DNA of 64,000 nt from NCBI RefSeq assembly GCF_006345805.1, contig NC_043005.1:77934001-77998000 (forward strand), given 5' to 3'. Positions 36,949 through 49,924 of the stretch are shown here, in pieces. The translations under genes and the position numbers were made by a program. The notes under the pieces were generated by a model. The model saw only the letters and a list, made by a program, of their open reading frames with translations. It did not search any database and had not been told where the DNA came from. How positions within the stretch are numbered: position 1 is the stretch's first letter; every line of letters begins with the position of its first letter. Source of the stretch: Octopus sinensis. Its lineage: Eukaryota.

Positions 36949-38814
36949 GTACGTACGTATGTATGTATGTATGAGTGTGCGTGTGTGATCGTGTGTGTTC
37001 TGTGTGTGTGTGCGCACGGTTGACCCCCACCACCGCTTGGCATGAGGCGTTGGTTTGTTTAAGCCCCCGTAACTTTGCGGTTCGGCAAAATACGACCGAT
37101 GGAATAAGTACCAGGCTTTAAAAAATAAGAACTGGGATCGATTCATTCGACAAAGAGTTCTTCAACGTGGTACTCCAGCTTGGCCGCAGTCTGACGACTG
37201 AAACAATCTATAAAATAAATATAGCTATTAAAGGCATCACAGAAGGAAAAGTGGATATGCCATTTGCCATCTTGGGTCGATGTCACTAATCTCATAAATG
37301 ATCTGGTTACAGGAATCGAAGTAACTTCAGTAACCTCACTTGCCAATATCAGCAGCTTGGAATCAATACTGCAATTGTCTGCAGCTTAACCGAAAATAAA
37401 CATTGCGTTGTACATTTGTACATTTTCCAACTTTCAAAGAACAGGAAACAGAATCGGTGGCGATGAAGACTACAAAGTCTTCAGTTCCAGTGTTTTGGAT
37501 TAATTTCAAAAGAGGTCTTGAGATTTGCAATATCCCAGTTTCGAACTACGAATATGTAAAACTCTCTTTGGTGTGATGCCAGAGCCAGATAAAGCTTCTG
37601 ATTCTTCGCTGAAATATTTATTTACCATCGAGTGTTACTTTCATATAAAAAATTGAATGGCTTAGCAGTTTTGAAAGCTTGTAAATTCGATGGAGCAGGA
37701 AAATACAAAAGATATTAGCTTTTGAGAAATTTAACCAAGAAAAACTTACTCGCTAGTCTTTCTACGAAAGGCACAAGGCCTGAAATTTGGTTGCGGGGCC
37801 TAGAGTCGATTACATCAACCCCAATGTTTCACTGGTGCTTAATTTATCGACCCCGATAAGATGAAAAGCAAAGTCGACCTCGGAATAATTTGAACTCAGA
37901 AAGTCAGGATGGGCTAAATGCTGCTAAGTATTTTCCCCGGCGTGTTAACGGTCTTGCCCGCTCGCCGCCTTATTCTTATGGATAATAATAGCAAAGGCTA
38001 TGCTGATGACGGCTATATAGTTGGAGATATCTTCTTTGTTCGACCAGAGAATAATTGTGCATAACTCTAAATTATTTCTCCTGATCATTGTATCTAACCC
38101 TACTGAGATTTTTTCTATGTTAAAAACCGTGGAAATAAATAAACCCGCCTTATAGATAAGATAAGAATAAAGATAAGAATAAATCTTGCAAACCATCTAA
38201 CATGTTGGAGCATTCAAAACCACACCAAACCAAAACCAAAGCCAAATTAACGTATTTGATGGCATAAAAGACAGACGCGTATATTAGACGTACAAGAATT
38301 TCAGCGGCGCATATTCAAGAAAATATGTCTTTTGTGCATTAAAACATGCAGGCTGCATATAGAACCCAAAGGGTATTTTTAAAGATGTTTTTTAAGTGCG
38401 TATTAGATGCACTCACATTACAGCAGCGCATATTCAGGATAAAATGTTTTTACTGCTTTAAACCTTATGGGGAACCCAACTTCGTAGATAGGACTGGGGC
38501 GAATTTTGAGAAATTTTTCTTTTTGGTTTTTGGAACAGAAAGTGCCTCTTATATACCATCAGGTACAGTAATTTTACGTTGGTAGACGAGAGGGCTGACG
38601 TGCATTAACATTAAACAATATGAGCGGGTATAAAGGGTATCAGAGGAAGGAAGCACTAATGTATCTTTCTCCTCATACCGGATGATATACCGATATGCCA
38701 TGGTGCAAATAGTAAAATAATAGATTTTGTGGATGTCGTGTTTAGAAACATCGAGAAAACGTGAAATAATTTGTTTGAACTTGAAGTAGAAAAGCTATAA
38801 ATAACAGCGTGTAA

Positions 38815-39212
38815 ATCTTTATATATAAAAGTGAAGTTGTGTGTCTGTCTCCTACGATTTTGATTCCTAACTACTCCCACATTTTGCAGTGCAGTGTAAC
38901 CAAAAGCGGGTATCTTATAGTCGTGATTCATATCGAGCCCTTCTGGGTATTAGCGCGCGTCTACGATGAGTCTACGATTTAAAAAAAAATTGCCATCATT
39001 TTCACCCATTTTTAATGCATTGTTTTTGCTATTATATAAGGGAAGTAACTCTCTAAAAATGCATCATTAAATCTCAGAACGTAAAAAGCTACAGTAACAC
39101 CCCCTTTTGTGGTTAGCCATATTGAGATGACTATTATACTTTACATCTCTAAAAATGCTTATATAGTTATTTCCCTTACAAACCCGAGCAACGCCGGGCG
39201 ATACTGCTAGTA
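38815..39212 (-). mobile_element. Non-autonomous Helentron/DINE-1-like element, same family as 6302-6706
   Basis: Reverse complement aligns along its full length with 6302-6706. Confidence 0.6.
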
Positions 39213-40094
39213 AGCCATAAATAAGAGTGTGCATTGAATTAACAAAAACATCTTTGGAAAGAAAATGACCAAGGCTGCCCATGGGACACGAATCCATATA
39301 ATTCTGCCAACATGACAAATGTTCGAGATTTTTAAACTCAAAATTAACACGCTATTATGTATAGCTTTTCTTTTTCGATTCCAACTGTTAAAAACGAAAT
39401 ACTAATTTAATTTCTTTTAAAACTATGTTGAAAATTTGCAATTTTCCACTGTCTCCTTTGTTACAAGAAAATAAATTGTTTATATCGATATCAATTAATT
39501 AAATTGCTTTCATAAATAGAATAGACAAAAAAAAACCCATGCTATATTTAATTTAGTTATGTGATTTGCTCTGAGAGAGAGGCCTTGATAAAAACGGAAT
39601 ATTTTATCAATTATTGCACAACCAGCATTTATGTCTTTCTGACCCGTCCATGAAACAATGGGATGGTCTCGATATGGGCACTATTATTTAAGTTTTGCTA
39701 GGGCGTTAAATGGATTTCTTTAAGCGATGTCGTACTTCTAATCTTAACACCACATACATTCTACGTTTCAGTATTAAAAGCTTTATAACTAATTAGTCAA
39801 TGAATGCATTCTATAAATTCAATTACGGCTGCTTTGTATGATCTTACGGTGCACTTTCCTGTTATAAACACCACATGAGTGTCCTGCAATTTCTTATTGA
39901 AGAAACTATACAGATGATTCGCTTATAGTGATCAAATGTCTGTGATATACATTAGTTCACTCCATCCTTCAAATCGACATTGCTTGTACCGGTGCACGGT
40001 GTGTACCAAACTTTAAATATCAAAGTGAAATGAAATGTTTTGTTCTGAACACAAAAGCATCACCCATTTCGGGTATCAAAAACGTGAGATTCGT

Positions 40095-40675
40095 TTCTGC
40101 TCTAGGCACAGGACCCGAAATTTTGGGGAAGGGGCCAGTTGATTAGATCGATCCCAGTACGCAACTGGTACTTAATTTATCGACCCCGAAAGGATGAAAA
40201 GCAAAGTCGACCTCGGCGGAATTTGAACTCAGAACTTAAACACAGACGAAATACCGCTAAGCATTTCGCCGAACATGCTAACGTTTCTTATTTGATTATT
40301 GCCCGCAAGGGGCTAAACATAGAGGGGACAAACAAGGACAGACAAAGGGATTAAGTCGATTAGATCGACCCCAGTGCGTAACTGGTACTTATTTAATCGA
40401 CCCCGAAAGGATGAAGAGCAAAGTCGACCTTGGCGGAATTTGAACTCGGAACGTAAAGACAAACGAAATACCTATTCCTTTACTACCCACAAGGGGACAA
40501 ACAGGGGCAGACAAACAGATTAAGTCGATTATATCGACCCCAGTGCGCAACTGGTACTTATTTAATCGACCCCGAAAGGATGAAAGGCAAAGTCGACCTC
40601 GGTGGAATTTGAACTCAGAAAGTAGCGGCAGATTTTGCCCGGCGTGCTAACGCTTCTGCCAGCTCGCTGCCTTCT
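40095..40675 (-). mobile_element. Triple tandem SINE family A
   Basis: Three cores; junctions near 40287 and 40472. Confidence 0.8.
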
Positions 40676-41111
40676 CGAAAACGTGATATTGCAATTGTAA
40701 GTGATTTCCCTGACCACCAGGCTTTGCACATATCTACAAAGTGGTGAATTCCGAGATACGTTATTTTTTTCTGCAAAAATTAAATCTGCAACTTTTTATG
40801 TGTTTCTAATTCGGCTCCTGTACTAAAAAGGTCCCCCATGTACGAAATCTTCTTCAAACCACCTTTTAGTTGTGTCAGTCATTTAACTCCGGCCATGCTG
40901 GAACACTGCTTTGAGGAATTTTTAGTCGAATGAATCGACCCGAGTAATTATGTTTTTAAAGACTGGTATGTATTACGTCGGTCTTTTTGACGAACCGCTA
41001 AAGTTACAGGAACATTAATATATCACGGTTCTCAAGCCATCATGGAGGACAAAGACAGGTGCACACACAGAAATATACATAATTACAAACGTACATGTTA
41101 TATGTGTATAT

Positions 41112-41145
<34 letters not shown>

Positions 41146-41160
41146 CATATATATACTTAT

Positions 41161-41236
<76 letters not shown>

Positions 41237-41256
41237 TATATATATATACATATATG

Positions 41257-41997
41257 TATATATATACACACACACTCATATGCACACACGCATTCAGACA
41301 ATCTTTTTAATCTACATCCTTTTTATGTCACAAAAAGTAAGAATCCTGACTTATAAATACATTTCTATTGTTGTTTAACCCCAGGTCAACCCCGAGTGAG
41401 CAGAGTTATAAGGAAAAATTTTACCGCCGTGACCATCGCGACTTTCTGTACATCAAAGTCTTCACGGTCCTGATTAAAGTCTTCCTAGCTAAAGTGTCAC
41501 TAAGAATATCTTAAGGCATCGATAGTTTGAGTCCTACCACTTTCGTTGATCAGTCCCTTTTCTCCCAGATCGAAGCTGATCAATGACTAAAAGCGTTTCA
41601 GCTGTGACCATCCAGTCCGTTTAGTGTATCTGAGACTACAGTATCTAATGTGCTCTGGGTTCAGCACCACGATCTGGGAGCAAAGGGACTGATCAACGAA
41701 AGTGGTAGGACTCAAACTATCGATGCCTTAAGATATTCTTAGTGACACTTTAACTAGGAAGACTTTAATCAGGACCGTGAAGACTTTGATGTACAGAAAG
41801 TCGCGATGGTCACGGCGGTAAAAATTTTCCTTATAACTCTGCTCACTCGGGGTTGACCTGGGGTTAAACAACAATAGAAATGTATTTATAAGTCAGTTTT
41901 TTAATACTAAGGATTCTTACTTTTTGTGACATAAAAAGGATGTAGATTAAAAAGATTGTCTGAATGCGTGTGTGCATATGAGTGTGTGTGTATATAT

Positions 41998-42000
<3 letters not shown>
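41257..42000. repeat. Near-perfect long inverted repeat (arms 41257-41572 and 41670-42000, 97-bp spacer)
   Basis: The arms differ by a few substitutions and one 15-bp indel. Both outer ends run into (TA)n. Confidence 0.95.
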
Positions 42001-42064
<64 letters not shown>

Positions 42065-42599
42065 AAGTATATATATACTTATATCTATAATTATATAAGT
42101 ATATATATACTTATATCTATAATTATATATGTATATATATACACATACACACACACATATATATATACGTAATATATATATATATATATACATATATGTG
42201 TGTGCCTGTATATAATACACACAAATACACACATACATGCATCTATCTATCTATCTATCTACAGAAAAAATATGCATATATATGTATGTGTGTATATACA
42301 TATGTTTGTATATATGTATGTATGTATGTATATATGTATGTATGTATATATATATGTGTGTGTGTGTGTGTATGTGTATGCGCGCGCACGTGCTCGCGTG
42401 TGTGTTACATAGAGATAGTGACAGCTATCGATTCACCGGGCGAAAAGATCAAATTAGGTTGGCGGCCTGAATGCCCCTCCTACATCTCTCTCTCTCTACC
42501 TCTCGCTCCATCTCTCTGCCTCTCAGTCCCTCGCTGTTTCTCTCTCCCCCTCTTCTTCCATACTTCTTTCTCTCTTTCTCTTTACACACTCTTGATATC

Positions 42600-42660
<61 letters not shown>

Positions 42661-43468
42661 AGTTCTCACACACTCAATACCGGCGACATTAACTAAGTGT
42701 AAAGTTACTTGCAATGATCACGCGGTGACGTTGTGATTGAAGAGGAAGGAGAGTGTGAGAGAGAAAAAACAAATGAAAGAAAGGAAAAAAAAGAGAAAGA
42801 AAATAAGTGAAAACGAACATAAAGTCAAGTGTGGGAGTAGGAGTGATGTAGGAGTGAAGTAGGAGTGAAGTAGGAGTGAAGTAGGCGGTTTTCAAAACGA
42901 TAACCTTCACCTTTCGGTCGTTCACGTTGTCGAAAACTGGAAACTACAGCATTGGCTATCGTTGTAGTGGTGGTGGTGGTAGTGGTAGTGGTGGTGGTAG
43001 CATTAGTAGCAGTCGTAGTGGTACATAGTTATAATACTTATCAGGTCTATCTATAAAAGTGCTCAGTTATCAAAGAGGAATGCAAGCGAACATTTGTTCT
43101 CCGTATTCCCCTACGTAGCTCATGCTAGTGAACCGGTTAACTTATCTCAGCAAAAGCTAATTTATATGTTCGGTTAAGAGAGCATTTTTCTTTTGTTTTA
43201 AAGAAAAACAATTGAGTTTACAATTCACTCGCTTTTGTCTCTAACGGTTATTCTGTGAAACAACACCATGTTGTAAGTTGATTGCACATTTTTTTTCCTT
43301 TTTCTATTTTCAAAGAATTTTTATGTTTTATTTTACATTTTTGCTTTCTTTTTGTCGCAATTTAATCTTTATTCTTTTAGATTTTCTATTTTCGAATTTC
43401 AAATATGTCCTTTGTTTTCCTTTCCATTTTATTCTTCCTCTATTCTTTCTTTGTTCTTCACGTTCAAG

Positions 43469-43552
43469 AGCGCCTTTGAAAAACTTAGAGACCTATGCTC
43501 TCGATTAGCTAAGAACATTGCACCAGCTTCGGATTTTCCCCTGGTTTATAAG
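43469..43552 (+). CDS. Candidate exon of an unidentified gene
   Basis: Long polypyrimidine tract, then TTCAAG|, then SAFEKLRDLCSRLAKNIAPASDFPLVYK. The donor is weak and uncertain. Confidence 0.2.
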
Positions 43553-45055
43553 GTTTCGGGTCATTTGGTTGCCATTGAGGGAAGAATTCCACATTATAAT
43601 AATGGTTTCAAATTTTGGAACAAGGCTAGCAATTTCGGGAGAGGATATATGTCAATTACATAGATGCCGGTGCAAGTTGAACCAAATATTATCGTGATAA
43701 TTTTTGATGTATGAATTAAGGATTTGCGTCCTCCCCAACCAGATTCCAAGTTCAGCTATACTTCGCCCTAAATGGGCTGATGTGTACCCTGTTACTCCAA
43801 TATTAATAGGTATGAAGCTGAAAGTGTATCTTGGATACTGGATTTGCAAACTCCTTATCATACGGATATATGCATGAATTTTGATTAATGTAATTCAGTT
43901 AAAGGGAACCGAAAACTCCTATGCTAAAATCGCAAAAATCACTTTTATTGCTGTGGAAATGAAGAAATATTATTAGCATTTATATCTGCTATAACTATTT
44001 TGTCAGCTGTCCTGTTTCATGACCGAACTAATAATAGATAGGCTTTAAAATAGATTAACAGGAAACTTTGATAACTTTTAAAATAGATTAAAACAAGAAA
44101 CTTTGAATAACTTTGAAATAGATTAACTTAACTAAAGAAAACTTGAAAGAGATAATCCCAAAGTGCATATCATTTGCAATAACTATTCTTTTGTTCTATC
44201 AGTAGTCGAATACGGAAAGGATGGAGAAGCCCCAAAGCTATCGAATCCTCTGGAACAGTAGATATATTTATGGAGATTAATGCAATTGATAATCAGTTTG
44301 AGCTTATGCATGCTGATATATATACGAAAACATTCATTTCCCGCTATCTCCACCTGCAGCAGAATGCACACTAACATGGGATTTTTGCCTCCATAGAATG
44401 TAGGGGGAATGGGGCTAGTCTATTGTATTGACCCCACTACATAACTGGTACTTATTTCATCGACCTCGAAAGGATATGCCCCATGTTAGTTCCATCAGCC
44501 ATACCCTTCTCTGCTGGGTTAGGGAATGTTGCAAAAGGGTATTAATTTAGAAGTTTTCTTTCTTCGACAATGATTGCTTTTACCTCAGCTAAGGAGATCA
44601 TTCCATCCTTACAAAAGTGTACTTAACTCATAGATGGGACCCTGACAAATAATACCGTTCCGGGTCAGAACGAAGCTGGAAGTAATGGTAATTAAGGAGT
44701 AGTTTCATGCTCCTCACGACGCCAGAACTCCTGAATGCATTTTCATGTCATACTCAAGACATATGAAAGAGAGATGGCTTAGGAGAAGTTGCAAGCATTA
44801 AGAGGAAAAGTGGATTTGCGTGTTTAGCATTAGATTTGAAGTTGAATTTGGATTGCAGCCTGGGTTTTTTTTACCAAAAATTCGCCATTATACAGTTTTG
44901 TGTGCGCGCACACACACGCACATATACACCGGGAATCTATATAGTCTCCTTCAAACAAATTCATTCATAAGGTATTGGTTAATCAGAACTGTTGCAGAAG
45001 GCAAATTGTCATGCAATGAGATTGAGCTCGAAGCTATTTCTTAACTAGCCGGTTG

Positions 45056-45134
<79 letters not shown>

Positions 45135-45305
45135 GTGTGTGTGTGTGTCTGTGCATGTGCGCGCGTGTGCTTATACATCTCACACACACACGCACGTGAA
45201 AACGAAAATTTATCTCCCATTTTCTTAGATTTCTTCAGCTATCGTTTCTACTATGATTTGCAAAACGTTTTCCTGAATTCATTTTTCTCTTTCATTTCCT
45301 TTCAG

Positions 45306-45589
45306 CCCTGACGTGTTCCAAACTAATGTCTCAGACATCGATGTCGATGAATTTGGTGTTAGCAACAAATGTTCTAGAGAACATTCCAACGATCTCTCCA
45401 CTCCTTGCCTTTATCGGAGACGACCATCAGTTATGTCTCAAACGACCGCATTTATGAAAGAAAACGAGAGTCAAGTCAGTTTTGGCGGTTTATTAATCCT
45501 CTGTATATGTTTTATGTATGCTACGCTCATTTTCCTCTTTTGGACAATATTTGGCAAACTATTCTCACTTGTACGTCTTGCAATTTCAG
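45306..45589 (+). CDS. Candidate internal exon of an unidentified gene
   Basis: Strong polypyrimidine tract and TTTCAG acceptor; CAG|GTATGT donor. Open frame PDVFQTNVSDIDVDEF...RRRPSV...GGLLILCICFMYATLIFLFWTIF. No recognised homology. Confidence 0.3.
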
Positions 45590-48500
45590 GTATGTATTTT
45601 GTTTGTTTGTTTTTTCTCTTCTACCAAAACCACTTTTTTGAAACATTTTGCAAAACTTACATCTATCTATCTATATATCTATCTATTTCTCTATCTATCC
45701 ATGTGTGTGTGTCTGCGTGTTTGTGTACATATTTGAAATGTATTAACTGATGAAGATATTGCGTAAGAGACGTATTCCCTAGAATAGGTTACTGTTCTGA
45801 AACCAACGTATCAAATGCTTTCAAGATATCATTATTTGGTTTGAATGTTTATAGACATTCTAGGACCGATAAAATAAAGTGACTGTCCAGAACTTGAATA
45901 GCAAGTAACCTCCCTCCCCTAAAACTTTATGGCCTTTTGCTTAAATCAGAAACAATCATTTCTAGAATGAAAATGTACGTGGTTATTGAAGAATATTATA
46001 AGAATATTATATGAAACATAACTTTACTTGTATAAGCATTCAAAATATGTTATAGTAACTTGTAGCCTTGAGATCCACTATGACAGAGTGGTGTAGCTCA
46101 TGAATTGCCTGATACCACTGTCATGATTTAGCTACTCTACGTGGTTTGATTAATCCGTATTGGTTAAGTCAGAGTGATCCTTAGAATACATGCAACAGAC
46201 AAAGCATTCAAAGTATAGAACTGATTTGTCTTATTTTATACTTAGTTTTTGTTAAGCATTGGAAAGAAAAAGAGAACTAAACTATTTCAGTGTTTTAATG
46301 CAGTTACAGGGTCAGTATTAATTTGCAATATAGATATACGTGGGGGGATGAGGAGTGAGACTGAAAAGCTTGTTTCACACCATAAGCAGCTTCTTTGCAT
46401 TTTTTTCTGCGTCTTGTCATCAGATTAAACATCACCATCTGACCTCGGTGAACCTTGGTGCAGATACTTGCATAAATAATCGGGTTTGCAGATAACCTGA
46501 TATCGTTATGCGTTGCATCTTGTAGCACGAATAAGGGATTCTTGCTTCTTTTCCATCATCTGACTTGGCGAACTTGTAAAAGATTACCGGTTTTGCTCTG
46601 ACTCCTTTCACTAAATAAAATCAATATCACATAATTTTTTATCAGATGGCATGACTGCCGACAACTGAACATTAGTTGTACCGAGGCTTATTGGTGTCTA
46701 CACCCCTAGCCTCACAGTAGTCTATGGCACTCTCTGATCATCAATATTTCATACAAATTCAGGGCAGTAATTCTTGAAAAAAACTCCTCCTATTTGCTAC
46801 ATATATGTCGATCTTTAAAAAAATGTTTTGCAGTATTTTTCACACAGCATAGTGAGAATATGCTTTAAGCAAGTCTAAACAATATTTGGTGAAGTGAAAG
46901 AACTTATATTGCAAATTGTGAATGTTAGCAAATTATCTTCGAGCGATAAACCCAGTTTAGAATGAATATTATGTATATCTATAAAATAGCACTTCTGACG
47001 ATGTTCTAAGTTCATACTGATTGAAGATATACATTATTCCTATAACCCCTGTTAGGAATTTGGACGTGTAACCTATAAATATGTTAATATTCCCATGTAT
47101 CAGCGAATATGTGATATAAGCAATTTGTGTGGAAAAACTGAAACATAATTTCTGATAACACATGAAGCTCAAGGTCCAATGTGGGGCCCATTTCCCCTTA
47201 AGATTATACGGAGGAAAGAATTAAAAACCACACTGTAAGCCAATGATGCACGTATTACATATATCTTTTACTAGCTAAAGATAAAAATTCATATTTAGTA
47301 GTACTAACTAGCTAATATTTGTGTAGCGGTATACAGAATAATGCCGGAAATAGTCTACGAATTGTAGATTGTTCAACCAATAGGCTGACAGACATCGCAG
47401 CAGCTGACACAGCTGCGAATGTCATTACTTTATTGACACTTTCGAATATAAATAGTTTTCTAAGTTTAGGAATGGACATTAATCAGATATGAGTTTCGAC
47501 TGCTATTATTACACAATATCCATCCATCCATCCATCCATCCATCCATCCATCCATCCATAGATACATACATACATACATACTTTGAGATTTATCATCAAA
47601 TATTCCACTTCTGACCTCGGCATGAGCTAGCTTTGGAAATATAAAGAAAATTTCTTTGAAAAGCTTCTCCAAAATTATTTTCGATCTTATAGAAAGTAAG
47701 GGTAAACAAAACTTTAGCAGACTTCGCAAAAGACTGCTTTGCAATATTTAACGTTCCCAAGTATGATTCTTATCGCGGGGATGAGTTATAACAATATTTA
47801 TTATTGCATTAACCTTCCTACTCTTTGTAATATGTTATGCGGAAATAGCAGACAACGGCTTTTTCGATATTCTGAGGACAAAGAATATAACCTGTCTCAC
47901 GTTTCATAACCATCCATCTGGGGTAGTGGACTTTTTTATCATGTTTTGCTTATGGACCCCTTTGATTCCTGTTTTACTCAGATGGACCCCTTATGGCTAT
48001 TCAATGTTTTAAAAGGGTCATATAGACTCCGGTTGGGAACTTCGGTTCCAGGGTATACCGACACCGTCCAGTATACCCTAAGCATTTCGAAAGAGGAGTC
48101 AAGGCTTGCCTTAGTCACCAATAGATACTTCAGAGTACCAAGAATTTGACTTTTTCACAAGTCTTTGTTATATTAGCTTAGTTCCAAAATAAAGTCTTCG
48201 ATCACAATATCGTACAGATTGTCATCTTCTCTATTGAACCTATTGCCTGCTATGAGCCCTATTTGGGGATATGCTAAAAACAGTCTTACTGCCGGTTGTT
48301 CGTTGCATTTAAAGGGAATTACTTATGCACACTGCATTTGCAGAAGTGTGTTTAACAATATTTAGTAGTTAAAGTTTGTCATTGTTAGTTATGGCTAATA
48401 CTAGAGGGCATTTTATGTCATAAATCGCAATTTTTGAACTACAAAAATATTGAATATTTTGAAAACGATTTTTTTTTCTGCATTTTCCATCTATATCATT

Positions 48501-49624
48501 CACTGGTATTTCATACACATTCACATTTGATACCATAGTTAAAAAAAACTAAAATGCTTGTTATTGCAATTGAATAGAAAAGGGTAAATATAGAAAAGGA
48601 TAAACAGTTTCTAAAATAATTCACATATGAAGAAAATTTTAATTATATATTATTTGAACACCTAAGACACCTGGCAAAGCCAAAAAAATACGAATAAAAT
48701 AATTTGGTAGTTAATGGGTTAAAATATACAACCGTGGAAAATATTTTGGATATATCAAATAAATCACTTAAGATATGTAAGTGAAAGAGCCATTCACAAC
48801 ATTATTAAGTCTAACTCTGCGATGGTACATTTGTCGAAAGAGCGCCCTAAATTTAGTATTTGACACTGAAAAAAAATCATGTTAAACAAACATTTCTTTA
48901 CAACATTTGTTACGAAGTGTTATCTATTTCCATTATCATGATTCGTTTGCTTTTTCCTATCTCTTAACCTCAGTTATATTCAGTTTTTATCGTACTACGT
49001 TGTATCAGGGATTAGAAATCTACTCAAAACACACTAAAATAGAACAAATTGAGGTCAATGTGCTGTCAGCGTGAAACCAAATAGAGATAAATCGGGCAAA
49101 AATTAGTAACAATTGTCAGAGAAAGATAGATAAACTCCAAACAAGTACAAAGCGGTTCAAGTTACGTGAGAATCGCTGGCTACAGCTGACATTTTAAGTT
49201 TCAAGGTACGAGAATATGCTCGAGTTGGTCCTTCTTTCATTATCTTGTCACATGAAACTAAAATCAAAAAGTAGCACAAAGCTCGCGCATGCCAATGCAT
49301 AACCCCGTTTTAATGTCATGAAATTGATTAGACTCCATGGAAAAATGACCGTAGATAAGGGTCCTGAATTGTTCTTTCAATAGGAAGTAAAGCTGAGGAA
49401 GTACAGAATAATAGAATGCCAGCAACTGACGGGTAATTGACTGTTTTATTTATCGAAATCTAGGCACAGGCGTGACTGTGTAGTAAGAAGTTTGCTTCTC
49501 AACCACATGGTTCCGAGTTCAGTCTCACTTCGTGGCACCTTCAGCAAGTGCCTTCTACTATATACTCGGACCGACCAAAGCATTGTGAGTAGATTTGGTA
49601 GACGGAAAGTGAAAGAAGCCCGTC

Positions 49625-49683
<59 letters not shown>

Positions 49684-49699
49684 GTGACCGCGTGTGTAT

Positions 49700-49887
49700 C
49701 GTTGGCGATGTTTTTTCTTCCGTCTTCCCTTCCTTGGGTCTTTCCTTTACCTATGTTTCTGACGAAGAGCTCCTCTCGAAACGTTAAATCCTCCTTCTTT
49801 CTTTCCTTTCCTGAGCGTCCAATAACACTATACTTGTTCCACGTCCTCGCGTTGTTGTGTTTTCTCTTTGTGTTTTCATGTTTGGAT

Positions 49888-49893
<6 letters not shown>
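49700..49893 (+). mobile_element. PLE pseudo-LTR fragment with minimal hammerhead (49755-49789)
   Basis: GTTT CTGACGA A GAG-CTCCT-CTC GAAA CGT T AAAT, followed by a pyrimidine-rich tail ending in (TA)n. It abuts an oppositely oriented fragment of a related family (49922-49985). Confidence 0.65.

Positions 49894-49924
<31 letters not shown>

Noticed and set aside
42836-42887. 11-bp minisatellite (GTAGGAGTGAA)n in a CpG-containing, promoter-like region
   Set aside because: Real but short; there is no evidence for a promoter beyond composition.
46304-46528. NPIIY motif followed by a basic segment (GPCR TM7/helix 8-like)
   Set aside because: The upstream residues are not hydrophobic, there is an in-frame stop ~20 codons earlier, and no TM6 motif is present.
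47809-48721. Possible piggyBac remnant (TTAACC...GGGTTAA, weak IPFK/HIPK words)
   Set aside because: The TIR match is poor and motif spacing is inconsistent with piggyBac transposase.
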